Source of the DNA: a virus | IMG/VR virus record: IMGVR_UViG_3300042731_006881 | Location: 25,748-89,747 of that record | Length of the DNA: 64,000 nt | Reading direction: 5' to 3' (one strand) | In this document: positions 29,239 through 38,273 of the stretch, piece by piece | Layout of the letters: each line of letters begins with the position of its first letter | How positions within the stretch are numbered: position 1 is the first letter of the stretch | Program-made: the position numbers and the translations under genes | Notes under the pieces: generated by a model | The model's database searches: none | The model's input: the letters and a program-made list of their open reading frames with translations, nothing else | Told to the model about the DNA's origin: nothing

Positions 29239-29977
29239 CATCTCCATTCGCCACGGATGACGACAGCTTCCACCGATTCGAATCGCGAAGCCCTGCGCGG
29301 AGTTCTCCACCCGCATCAACGATCCGAGAATCAGCCAACACAATGGCATCGTCCGACAGGTCGCACCCGAGAAACGATCGCTCGGTTCTCACCGCCGCCA
29401 CCCCAACGGATCCCGAGCCCATGAACGGGTCCACGACGAGTTCGCCGGGTTCTGAGCTTTGCTGAATTAGCACACCGCTAACCTCTGGCGGCTTCTCCGT
29501 TGGGTATCCACCTCGCACATGCTTGCAGGTGATGATGTCAGTGACACTGAGACTGTTTAGCCGCCTCTTCCCCTTCTCGAAGAATAGGATGAACTCATAT
29601 CGACATCGGTAATGATACCCCATTCCCATGTTTACTTTGTCCCACACGAGCGGTTTCCAGAACCGGAACCCAGCCGCTTCTGCCAGCGGCTTCGCGACGA
29701 ACATCGTCTCCTGGTCGCAGAAAAGGTAAAAGTGAGTGTTCTTCTTGAGCACCCGATACACCTCTCGAAAGAGCTCTGGAAAACGCTGATTCGGGAATAT
29801 CTGGAACCAGTCGTTGCTGCTCGCCTTGCTGTGCTTGAGCCGTGTCGTGGTTCCCACCTTCCGGTGCTTTTCGAGTGACTCGTAAGCAGGATCGGTCACG
29901 ACGAGGTCGACCGTCTCGTCCCCGAGTCCTCGGAGCCACTCAACGCAATCGAGTTTGGAGATGTGGTAATCAGCCAT
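29225..29977 (-). CDS. DNA amino-methyltransferase (N4/N6)
   Basis: VDLVVTDPAY, YRVLK, YPTEKP, DPFMGSGS. Confidence 0.9.
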   Translation of the reverse strand: MADYHISKLDCVEWLRGLGDETVDLVVTDPAYESLEKHRKVGTTTRLKHSKASSNDWFQIFPNQRFPELFREVYRVLKKNTHFYLFCDQETMFVAKPLAEAAGFRFWKPLVWDKVNMGMGYHYRCRYEFILFFEKGKRRLNSLSVTDIITCKHVRGGYPTEKPPEVSGVLIQQSSEPGELVVDPFMGSGSVGVAAVRTERSFLGCDLSDDAIVLADSRIVDAGGELRAGLRDSNRWKLSSSVANGDEYDV

Positions 29978-30140
29978 CGATCCCCCATGCGCGGAACGCT
30001 GCGAGTGCTGACGCAACAACGATCAGCAGCATCCATCCCTCAGTTGCGGTGGGACGCTCGCTGGCGCCCATCAGAACCTCCCACTGCTTGCCTTGTGGCA
30101 TGCGTACCCGAGGAGGGAACGCGCTTCCTTGTGGATTCCT

Positions 30141-30845
30141 TCAGCCATTCTCTTCCTCCATTGAAGTTCTCCTGAACTCAGACCAGCACCGGCCAACAAC
30201 CCCTGAGCCAGGGAACAGATCGTCGAGATCATCACCGGGAGACGCTCCCAGCAGATTGAACACCCAAAAGCAGAATCGAATCGGCTTTCGTCCGATGAGA
30301 TTTGAGTCTCCACCGCGAGCCGCTGCAGCCACCAGCGCATCCGGGGGGCCGTTGATCAAGCGTCGCGCCGGCTTCACGAGCACGTACTCGTGAATGTTTG
30401 CAGGTCCACGAGCTTTTGGACGGAAATGAGTCTTCACCCAGGGCGCGACGATGAGTTCATCGTCTCCTGGAGTCGGCGACAGACCGTCGCCACCTGGGAT
30501 GAGAGACAGAATGTATCTCAATGACCTCCGCGACGTCGACAGCGCCCAGCCGTCGAACGTCTCGAGCTGCTCTAGGAGACGCATGTGGTCCACCTCCCCG
30601 GCGAACGTCGGCTGGTCTCGGTAGTAGTGCGCCAGGCCGGGGAATGGCGGGTCCGCATATGCAAGTCGCTTCGTGGTGTCGTCCGAGTACTCTCGAGACG
30701 CCAGCTGCCGAGCTCGCCAAGCGGTCTGTCTACAGCGTTTCGAGCACCATTTTAGCTGCGTCACCTCGAGGTGTCTGCGACACCAGAGACAGCGCCTGTC
30801 GCTGTCTACTCGAGTAGACAGCGACACCTTGGAACGCCCCTTCAT
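30141..30845 (-). CDS. Zn-finger plus DNA methyltransferase-like protein
   Basis: CLWC...CSKRCRQ, AYADPPF, GRKP, DLFPGSG. Confidence 0.75.
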   Translation of the reverse strand: MKGRSKVSLSTRVDSDRRCLWCRRHLEVTQLKWCSKRCRQTAWRARQLASREYSDDTTKRLAYADPPFPGLAHYYRDQPTFAGEVDHMRLLEQLETFDGWALSTSRRSLRYILSLIPGGDGLSPTPGDDELIVAPWVKTHFRPKARGPANIHEYVLVKPARRLINGPPDALVAAAARGGDSNLIGRKPIRFCFWVFNLLGASPGDDLDDLFPGSGVVGRCWSEFRRTSMEEENG

Positions 30846-32146
30846 GCCGCAACCATCGCTTTCTCGCCAAAATTCGCTCTAACCAACGATTCAGCCACCT
30901 CAGGACACACGCTATTTCCAATGAGACGAATCTGGTTCGTCTTCGTTCGCGCCAAGCTCAAATCGTATCCTGAAGCGAATCGCCCGAACTGAGCCGCCAG
31001 GAGCTCGTGCGGCTGGAGCATTCGGAGGCCGACGTCGATGATCTGGTAGTCCACGCCAGCAACCGTCACGATACCGAAACGATTCCGCGCGGTGATGGTG
31101 AGTTGCTTCCCCCCATAGTTCGCGAGAAACGCGCGGACCTCAGCCACGTGCACACCTCCAGCGGAGATGGTTGGAAGAGGAGCATTGATGGGGGCGCTTC
31201 CTGGCTGGCTTGGGTGGGTCCCTCGGAACTTGGCGAGGCAGACTGCGGCCAGGCTGTTGTGGTCCCACGCGGTTACTGTCGGCAGTGGGGAGCGCGCGTC
31301 GCTCCCCACGACGGGCCGTGACCCACCGTAGAAGCGCGAGATAAACGCGCTAACGATGGCGCGCTTCTGGCCTGGGTAGACATCCTGCCCGCGAGTGTTG
31401 CGAACGATGAACGGCTCTGCAGCGTCGAACATGTATCTTTGAATCCCATGGGCGATCCGCCAAAGCGTCTTCTCCGCCAGTGGTCGCTTGCGCTCGAAGA
31501 TGCTCGGGCATGGCATGGACCAGTCAACGCACTCCGCCGCCGTTCTGAGTGGGGCAAGCCCTGGACCGTGCGTGGGGGCTGGCCACTCGATCGCCTGACC
31601 ATCATGACGAGCCACGATGAACAGCCGACGACGCTTCGTCGGCGCCCCATACTCCGAAGCGTCAAGCACGCGCCAGTCCACCGCGTAGCCGAGCTTCCTC
31701 AGATCGCGCACCCACCGGATGAAGGTCTGCCCCCTACGGTCCTTGCTCGGTCGCCCGTCGGGCCCGAGTGGCCCCCAGTCCTCGAACTCTGGAACGTTCT
31801 CGACACAAATCACCCGGGGTCTGGTCTCCCGCGCCCAGCAGACTACTACCCACGCCAGCGACCGAATCCCCTTCGAGCGTGGCTTGCCACCCTTTGCTCG
31901 AGAATGGTGGGTGCAGTCAGGTGATGCCCAAAGGAGCTCAACTGGAGCTCCACCAGTGGCATCTCGTGGTCTGACATCCCAGATATTCGCTTCTAGGTGA
32001 CACGTGCTGGGGTGGTTGTGTCGGTGGACTGCGAGAGCCACTGGGTCGTGGTTGATGGCGATGTTAACAGGACGGCGGAGAGCTGCCTCGATCCCGACCG
32101 AAGCGCCCCCACCGCCGGCGAATAGGTCAACGACAATGCCGCTCAC
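30842..32146 (-). CDS. C5 cytosine DNA methyltransferase
   Basis: DLFAGGGG, WASPDC, ENV, RRRLF, IGNSVCP; start set at GTG 32146. Confidence 0.92.
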   Translation of the reverse strand: MSGIVVDLFAGGGGASVGIEAALRRPVNIAINHDPVALAVHRHNHPSTCHLEANIWDVRPRDATGGAPVELLWASPDCTHHSRAKGGKPRSKGIRSLAWVVVCWARETRPRVICVENVPEFEDWGPLGPDGRPSKDRRGQTFIRWVRDLRKLGYAVDWRVLDASEYGAPTKRRRLFIVARHDGQAIEWPAPTHGPGLAPLRTAAECVDWSMPCPSIFERKRPLAEKTLWRIAHGIQRYMFDAAEPFIVRNTRGQDVYPGQKRAIVSAFISRFYGGSRPVVGSDARSPLPTVTAWDHNSLAAVCLAKFRGTHPSQPGSAPINAPLPTISAGGVHVAEVRAFLANYGGKQLTITARNRFGIVTVAGVDYQIIDVGLRMLQPHELLAAQFGRFASGYDLSLARTKTNQIRLIGNSVCPEVAESLVRANFGEKAMVAA

Positions 32147-32496
32147 TGAATATCCTGTGCTAATCGACGACGAGCTCGATTGCGAGCCGAACTCGAGAAT
32201 GGGAGGACTTTCAAGACCCGCGCTGACTCCACCTCGAAGGAGAGACCATCGACTAGGCAGTCCGGATCGGACGTAATTTCTCCACACGGCTCAACTAGAT
32301 AGATTTGTCCGTTCGGCCACGCGCTTGCGAACATGCGAGCGGCAACCATGGAGGTTGTTACGTAGACTCGATCTCGGCGTGAGATTCCTTCCGCCTGCTC
32401 GCATATGTCTGCGCAGCTCGTCGCACCTGTAACGCTCGGAGGTAGCAACATGTCTCCTTGTTTCCTCCCAGCAGCTCCACCATGGTAGTAGTCCAT
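32143..32496 (-). CDS. Arr-like NAD+ ADP-ribosyltransferase
   Basis: YYHGG...GDMLLP, VYVTT, YLVEPCG...DPD as in Arr (rifampin ART) family proteins. Confidence 0.7.
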   Translation of the reverse strand: MDYYHGGAAGRKQGDMLLPPSVTGATSCADICEQAEGISRRDRVYVTTSMVAARMFASAWPNGQIYLVEPCGEITSDPDCLVDGLSFEVESARVLKVLPFSSSARNRARRRLAQDIQ

Positions 32497-32498
32497 CG

Positions 32499-32972
32499 CT
32501 ATCTCAATCTCCGGTTGGCTTCATGCAGCTCACTCTCTAGCTCAGCGATGCGATCACGAAGTCTCTTTAGTTTACGGTTGCGTTTGCGTTTGCGGACAGC
32601 GATCTTTTCCATCGCTTCCCTCTCTACCTTCTTGAACACGATGATGGCCTTGTGGAGCCTTTCCGCGTCGTCGTGCTGACCCAGAGTGCGCAGAAACCAC
32701 TCGTTTGCTTCCAGTGTCTTGATGTCGAGCGGGTTGCATGGCTGCCTAGATACGTACTGCCAGAGTAGTGCCCCCCACGGGTTCTGCTGGTCCCACTTGT
32801 AGCAACCGTACACTGCTGGACCTGACAGCCACACCCAGGATCCAGGGTTCGGTTTGCGTGCGGATATCTTGATCCAATCTTCGTCGAAGATCACAGGATA
32901 ATAACTCTCTGATAGGCGCCATTCATCAGCTTGACGCGGGGGACGTACCCTGCTCGCTCGTAAGCTACGCAC
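32499..32972 (-). CDS. Hypothetical protein
   Basis: Operon orientation, C-terminal coiled coil; start uncertain. Confidence 0.4.
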   Translation of the reverse strand: MRSLRASRVRPPRQADEWRLSESYYPVIFDEDWIKISARKPNPGSWVWLSGPAVYGCYKWDQQNPWGALLWQYVSRQPCNPLDIKTLEANEWFLRTLGQHDDAERLHKAIIVFKKVEREAMEKIAVRKRKRNRKLKRLRDRIAELESELHEANRRLR

Positions 32973-33316
32973 ACTTCCTCTGCGTATTCTCTCGCCAGGA
33001 ACGTGGGTTTGTCATTGTCGTTGAGCAAAGTTGCGGAGTGCGTGCATCCGCGTGATTTGTAGAATGTCATCACGATCCACCCCTGCGTGGACACCACAAT
33101 TTCAGGAATGTGAACCACCGCAATCGAACCCGCGCTCTCATCATCGCGATTGTGAAAACAGCGGTTGAATCCTCCAAATTCAGCGATGTCGCGAAGCTCT
33201 AGCAGCGTCTCGCAGGCGTAGTTGTCATCGCGAAAGCGACCGTCAACACCCCAAGCGCAACGACGGTCGTTCACCAACGGAGCGTGCATGCATCGCAGGC
33301 ACGGTCCGCGCATCAT
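32891..33316 (-). CDS. Hypothetical Cys-containing protein
   Basis: CLRC...RCAW...F..DNYACETL..LR. Confidence 0.5.
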   Translation of the reverse strand: MMRGPCLRCMHAPLVNDRRCAWGVDGRFRDDNYACETLLELRDIAEFGGFNRCFHNRDDESAGSIAVVHIPEIVVSTQGWIVMTFYKSRGCTHSATLLNDNDKPTFLAREYAEEVCVAYERAGYVPRVKLMNGAYQRVIIL

Positions 33317-33972
33317 GACGAAACCTCAAACTCCACTCGCCACACCCATGGATTGGATGCCCACATCAGTGAATGGCGGTCGTCATAGATGGTATCCCAC
33401 GTCACCACGAATGACAGGACGTGGGGGTCTGATCCGTTCGTGCGGTGTAGCTCGTCTCCGAATATCCGCTGGTCTTTGCCGATCATATCGAGAGGTGTAA
33501 CTCCCTCTCGTTGCGCGTCATCATCGGTGATGTCCTGGAGGTGCTCGACACGAACATCAGTCACACGCAGCGTGATTCTAGACGCCCATCGCGGCATGTG
33601 GATGGATGGTCTCCACGTGATGTGCGGTGGCGGGTCGTTGGCGTTTGCGATCGGCCCATGTACGTGCTGACGGTTTGACGGAACGAACGCCATATCTGCT
33701 GCAAATAGCGTCCCCCAGCACCCGTGCGAGAAAGCGCTAGCCCACTTCTCTCGTACCCATAGACGATCGCCTGTCTTGCCACATGGCGACCAGTCCAGCA
33801 GCTTTTCGCTCGACACATCGTTCCACCGCATGCGCCGATCGCGGAAAGTCCAATCGTAGCCCCTGGTAGTGCTCGGCCCGAACTCGCGCAGTTTGACCGG
33901 GCGGCGCGTGACGGTCTTCCTCCCGTCGAGGATTGCACGAACCAGTGGTCCAGAGAAGAGGATTGGCTTCAT
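33313..33972 (-). CDS. ASCH/PUA-like phage protein
   Basis: MKPILFSGPLVRAILDGRKTVTRR, GDRLWVRE, WRPSIHMPRWASRI, NPWVWRVEF. Confidence 0.8.
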   Translation of the reverse strand: MKPILFSGPLVRAILDGRKTVTRRPVKLREFGPSTTRGYDWTFRDRRMRWNDVSSEKLLDWSPCGKTGDRLWVREKWASAFSHGCWGTLFAADMAFVPSNRQHVHGPIANANDPPPHITWRPSIHMPRWASRITLRVTDVRVEHLQDITDDDAQREGVTPLDMIGKDQRIFGDELHRTNGSDPHVLSFVVTWDTIYDDRHSLMWASNPWVWRVEFEVSS

Positions 33973-34273
33973 GAGAAAACTCCGTGTCACTGCGCACCTA
34001 CAGGTGGCTCCAAAACCAACAGTCTGCGTCGGTGGATCTTGCACTGCCTATCGATCTCCTCGCCGTACCAGCAGAGCCACTCGCCACAACGCCACATTTT
34101 TCCTGAGTAGACACCTGATGGGCATGACCACTCGTAGTTGGCTAGTCCGGAAAACTCCTCCCTGGTGATGATGGCGATACGGTCAGTGATGACAATGTCC
34201 TCGCTACTGGGTTGGGTCCAGTGGCGAGCAAGCGGGCTCGTCATGGGCGGGATGCGGTTGGTGACGGAGATCA

Positions 34274-34525
34274 TCAGAAACCCCTATTCACCTCGCTGAA
34301 AACCTCCGTGAACTCATCCGGTGTCAGCCACGATGACTGTGGCACCCTCCCCTGACTCCACCGCTCGATGCGAACCCTGTTCACGTATTCGGGCCGAGCT
34401 TGACCACAAACCCAAGCCAGGAGGCTTGGTGCGCTCACTCCAATCTCCCTGGAGACTTGGGCTTTATTCCCGCCACGAGACTCTATTTCCCGCAGCAGCA
34501 TGGTGCGTGCCGGTACGTCGTGCAT
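34274..34525 (-). CDS. Cro-like HTH regulator
   Basis: KAQVSREIGVSAPSLLAWVCGQARP; first gene left of the divergence point. Confidence 0.75.
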   Translation of the reverse strand: MHDVPARTMLLREIESRGGNKAQVSREIGVSAPSLLAWVCGQARPEYVNRVRIERWSQGRVPQSSWLTPDEFTEVFSEVNRGF

Positions 34526-34533
34526 TTTAGGAG

Positions 34534-34606
34534 GAGCTAACGCCGCCAGATTATTTTGTCAACAACAGGCTTTTTCCTTGCGCCATGGATTAGCCGTGGC
34601 TAACAT
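34534..34606. promoter_or_regulatory. Divergent promoter pair
   Basis: Leftward TTGACA (34562-34557)-17-TAGCTC; rightward TTGCGC (34578-34583)-17-TAACAT with palindrome TTAGCC-GT-GGCTAA; coding strand switches here. Confidence 0.7.
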
Positions 34607-34825
34607 GTGTCCTGTGACGGGGACGATACTGACAAGCGCCACATCCGAAGTTGCAGGCACACACCTGCAACGAGTTCGCAAATCAGTTCGCTCATTTGAG
34701 CGCACTCGGGAGCGTAAGTGGCTTGAGATTGCGAAAGCAGAACTAGCCATTCTACATCAGATGGCGGCGCGTTCCCCCCAGCTCTACGGGGACGTATTCG
34801 GAGAGGCTAGGCGCCTAGTTGAGGA

Positions 34826-35392
34826 GTGGTCGTGAGCATGTCTGCTGTCCTCGACCAGGCAGACGCCATCTGCCAGGAAAAGCGGGACCTGGCTGAATGG
34901 CGCTCGGCTACGATCCACCATGCGTTTGGGTGGATCCACTGCGAGGGTGGGTACGAGGCAATCGAGTATCGCCACCAGCCGGACAACACAACCGTGTCCC
35001 GATCGTTGGGGCGACTCATCTACAAGGATCGCGAGCATGGAGTATGCATGCACTGCGGTCGAGAATTCGAGCTGTACCACACGCCCGGTTCGGCCTGGAG
35101 CTTCGGCGAGTACGTCCCTGAGGGACCGTGCTGCTGCTCGCCGGAGTGCGAGCTGGAGATCGATATCGAGTGCGGGATCACCTGCACTAGTTGTGGAGTG
35201 GAGCGAGCCACACGCAAGGATTCGGACGGGAACGCAGAGTGCACCGTTTGTGCTTCGCGTGCCCTTCGTGCCTGCGTAGAGGCAGAGCTCCGACACCTGC
35301 GGGACCTATCCGCAGGATACCGGGACACCATCCCGGCACCTATCCCGGTTGACGGCTGTCTGGATACGCCGGCCGCCGACCGGAGCATTTAG
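34826..35392 (+). CDS. Cys-rich hypothetical protein
   Basis: Multiple CxxC pairs. Confidence 0.55.
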   Translation: MVVSMSAVLDQADAICQEKRDLAEWRSATIHHAFGWIHCEGGYEAIEYRHQPDNTTVSRSLGRLIYKDREHGVCMHCGREFELYHTPGSAWSFGEYVPEGPCCCSPECELEIDIECGITCTSCGVERATRKDSDGNAECTVCASRALRACVEAELRHLRDLSAGYRDTIPAPIPVDGCLDTPAADRSI

Positions 35393-35418
35393 CCGCAAAC
35401 AAGCGGCGGGAGGAACAA

Positions 35419-35775
35419 ATGAAAAATTGCATCGCCCAGGAAGTTGTGTTTCTAACCCGTGGCCACGTGGTAGCGAAGCTGCCGCCGGCTAAGAATCCTG
35501 CCATGGCCGTGGCCAAGCCATCAACCACCGACTTCGACTCCGTGATGGGAGTCCCCATTGAGGTGTCGGACCGCGCTCCAACCGAGCGCATTGACAATCT
35601 ACCAGATGAAGGGGATATCCTAGTGGCTCTCGCAGTCGTGTCGGCGATGCGAGAGCTTGGAACTCGACACCATGGGAGAGTGTTCTCGCCGAAGCCTCTA
35701 GTCTTCGATGAGAACAGAAAACCAATCGGCACGCCTGGCCTCATCAGGCATCGAGACGTCGAAGAGACTGACTGA
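35419..35775 (+). CDS. Hypothetical protein
   Basis: RBS GGAGG; partly duplicated at 35951-36175. Confidence 0.6.
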   Translation: MKNCIAQEVVFLTRGHVVAKLPPAKNPAMAVAKPSTTDFDSVMGVPIEVSDRAPTERIDNLPDEGDILVALAVVSAMRELGTRHHGRVFSPKPLVFDENRKPIGTPGLIRHRDVEETD

Positions 35776-35849
35776 AACGAAGCGGCGCAGTACCCGTCCC
35801 CTCGAACTGTGTCGCGACCCGTCTACAGGCCATCTGTAGCGGGTCAAAT

Positions 35850-35908
35850 GCCTTATCTCTGGGAGCAGGATTGGTCCTACCTGGTCGGTTCGATTCCGAC
35901 GTAAGGCC
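35850..35908 (+). ncRNA. tRNA-like RNA element 2
   Basis: GCCTTAT/GTAAGGC acceptor; loop CTCTGGGAG; CAGG/CCTG helix; T-arm GTCGG-TTCGATT-CCGAC. Confidence 0.65.
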
Positions 35909-36419
35909 TAGGAGGTGTTGGTGAATGCCTAGCGCATACCCCGAAAACCAATGAGGAATTGTACGTTGCAGACCCTCCACGAGTGGATGGTTTTAACCCA
36001 CAAACCGCTCGGTACGCCTGGCCTCATCAGGCATCGGTCCGTCGCAGCGAGCTCGCTGCGACGGACCGCGGTCGAGTGTATCGACCACCTACAGCCCTTG
36101 GAAGAGCGGCTCGCAGCCATCGTTGCGCCAGCAGTCGTGTCGGCGATGCGAGAGCTACGCCGTGCTCACAGGTGACGGCCTGCTTCGACGCGATTGCCAC
36201 GCACAGGAGGTGTTGGTGAAGCTGATTGTAGAAACAACAGAAGACGAGTACGGTACAGCGTGGTTCACCGCAACGGTGAACGGAAAGAGCTGGATAAGCG
36301 TTGACCTGAACTTCGCGCTGAGTGTTCCTGACCTAATGCGAGAAGCATACGAGGCTGGGAAGCGCGGAGAGCCGTTTGATATCGAGAAACGAAATGACCC
36401 AGAAAGGGTCGATTAGAAT

Positions 36420-36472
36420 TCCTAACAGCTGGTAGCTGATGGTCCGTTGCGGTTCGATTCCGCGGTTAGGAT
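36420..36472 (+). ncRNA. tRNA-like RNA element 3
   Basis: TCCTAAC/GTTAGGA acceptor; AGCTGGTAGCT; T-arm TGCGG-TTCGATT-CCGCG. Confidence 0.65.
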
Positions 36473-36535
36473 CAGGGCGAGAGCAGCCGAACCGCGGGAC
36501 AGCCCTTGGCGCCAACGAGGGACCCTCAACGACAG

Positions 36536-36580
36536 CGGTGGACATCCGGGAAAGACCGGTGGACAGCCGGGAAAGACCGG
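36536..36580 (+). repeat. 21-bp tandem repeat of hairpin units
   Basis: CGGTGGACA(T/G)CCGGGAAAGAC x2 followed by CGG; each forms CCGG-GAAAGA-CCGG. Confidence 0.8.
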
Positions 36581-36699
36581 CATTCAAGCTAACGCAATCT
36601 GGCTGGCTGACAACGCCACATGTCAATCACTCTCCATAACAACACTGCGTTGTCAGCCATCTAGAGTGCGTTAGCACCTAATAGGAGGAAGCAAAATAT

Positions 36700-36781
36700 C
36701 TACAGCTCTCTAGCGGGCTGACGTCGTGGTTTCGTCCCCCTCCCAACCCCATCACGACGTCGGTCCACTAGAGCGCTGTAG
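36700..36781 (+). ncRNA. Long hairpin with C-rich loop (putative sRNA)
   Basis: 31-bp stem 36700-36730/36751-36781 with three G-U pairs on the + strand; loop TTCGTCCCCCTCCCAACCCC. Confidence 0.55.
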
Positions 36782-36795
36782 CCTGAAAGGATCTG

Positions 36796-37311
36796 ATGAT
36801 AGTAGCTTTCGACGTGGAGACAAATGGTCTCTTTGGGCAGCCGTTCGCAGTCGGCGGCGTTGTCTTGGACGAACGAGGGGATACTTTCAGCATATTCAGG
36901 TCGCGCTGCCCGATTGTCGGGAACGTTGACCAATGGGTTGGCGCTAACGTTATCCCAAAGCTCGAAATGCATGTTTCAGCCACTTCATTGTCCGAAATGC
37001 AGGACGCATTTTGGGAGTGGTGGCTGGAGTATAGAAATGATGCAGACGGACGTATAGTTGTGGACGTAGGATACCCTGTTGAGACCGGGTTCCTAAGGGC
37101 ATGTCAGGAAGCGGACCCATCGCGCGAGTGGGAGGGACCGTATCCTCTAATCGATCTTGCTGGAGTACTTTTGGCGAGCGGAATAGACCCTCAAATACAG
37201 AGGGTACAGCTCATGGAGCGTCTGGATCTGCAGGGTCGATCCTTCAACCAGCACAACCCCGTTGATGATGCTATGATAGCAGCGCTTGCCGTATGGAGAC
37301 TGACGCCATGA
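36796..37311 (+). CDS. DEDDh 3'-5' exonuclease family protein
   Basis: FDVETNG ... HNPVDDA. Confidence 0.8.
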   Translation: MIVAFDVETNGLFGQPFAVGGVVLDERGDTFSIFRSRCPIVGNVDQWVGANVIPKLEMHVSATSLSEMQDAFWEWWLEYRNDADGRIVVDVGYPVETGFLRACQEADPSREWEGPYPLIDLAGVLLASGIDPQIQRVQLMERLDLQGRSFNQHNPVDDAMIAALAVWRLTP

Positions 37312-37757
37312 GCAGCGGAGATGCGCATTTTCCAGGAATTCGCGACGCGATGCGGGATCTACAGCAGGCGCGAGAAGACTGCCATCGCACCATGGCACGC
37401 AGCAGCAAGTCCAGCTCGTCGATCCAAGCGCAGCGGGAACATCTGGCATCTCGGCTCAGTGATGAACTGAGTTCGATGGACCTCGGAAGCCTAGTCACTC
37501 GTGACCGTGTAGTGCGGCACGTTCAGAGTCTGGAGAGAGCTCTAGAGGTAGAAGAGGCTCGCTCCAGAGGTCTCGAAAGCGACGTTGCTTTCCGCGACCA
37601 AGCAATCGCAGATCTGCGTCAACAGATCGCGAATCTCGAGATGCGTGTTGACGCTGAGCGCCGCACATCGGAGGGGCTACTGGAGTCCCTCAACCGAGAC
37701 GGAGTGCGGCAGGCGCACTCTGAGGCGATCCGTCGAGATCTGGAGGAGAGGGGATAG
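37308..37757 (+). CDS. Coiled-coil hypothetical protein
   Basis: ATGA-coupled to the previous gene; heptad-rich. Confidence 0.5.
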   Translation: MSSGDAHFPGIRDAMRDLQQAREDCHRTMARSSKSSSSIQAQREHLASRLSDELSSMDLGSLVTRDRVVRHVQSLERALEVEEARSRGLESDVAFRDQAIADLRQQIANLEMRVDAERRTSEGLLESLNRDGVRQAHSEAIRRDLEERG

Positions 37758-38273
37758 GTGACTAGCGATACTCCTTCCATGACGTGCCGGTACTGCCAGT
37801 CTCCACTCGTGCGTGGTGGACCTCAGCAGCGTCTGTGCGGAGACCTGATTGAGTACTGCAAATGCAGCAACCCTGCATGTCTAGGGACCACTCCGCTGGT
37901 CGTTGAGGCATGTCAGCACGCACGTGTGGCAAGGGTGTCAATCGACCGTCTGGGAGACATGGCCGTTGACGTTCGCAAGTACAGCTATCGCGTCATCTGG
38001 TCGCAGGATGACGAGGAGCACGTGGGGCTGTGCTCGGAGTTCCCGAGCCTGAGTCACCTAGCTCCAGACCAACTCGAAGCGTTGCAGGGCATTCACGACC
38101 TCGTGGAGTCCGTCTGCGCTGACATGGAGGCAGCAGGCGATCCGCTTCCGGAGCCGCTGGCGATGAAGGCTACTTTCGATCTCCACAATGGCTCGAGCAG
38201 CAGTAGGTCAGTCGTGCGTGTCAGATGCGTGGAATGCGGACGTATCTGGACAGAGCACCAGGACGTAACGTGA
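37758..38273 (+). CDS. HicB-like domain flanked by Zn-finger motifs
   Basis: YSYRVIWSQDDEEHVGLCSEFPSLS...EAL...LPEPL; CRYC, CSNPAC and CVECG. Confidence 0.65.
   Translation: MTSDTPSMTCRYCQSPLVRGGPQQRLCGDLIEYCKCSNPACLGTTPLVVEACQHARVARVSIDRLGDMAVDVRKYSYRVIWSQDDEEHVGLCSEFPSLSHLAPDQLEALQGIHDLVESVCADMEAAGDPLPEPLAMKATFDLHNGSSSSRSVVRVRCVECGRIWTEHQDVT

Noticed and set aside
32048-32063. Partial match of spacer 5 (GTGATTGATGGCGATG) to the C5 methyltransferase gene
   Set aside because: Only a 12-nt exact core and the rest of the spacer is unmatched; a match this short is expected by chance over 9 spacers and both strands
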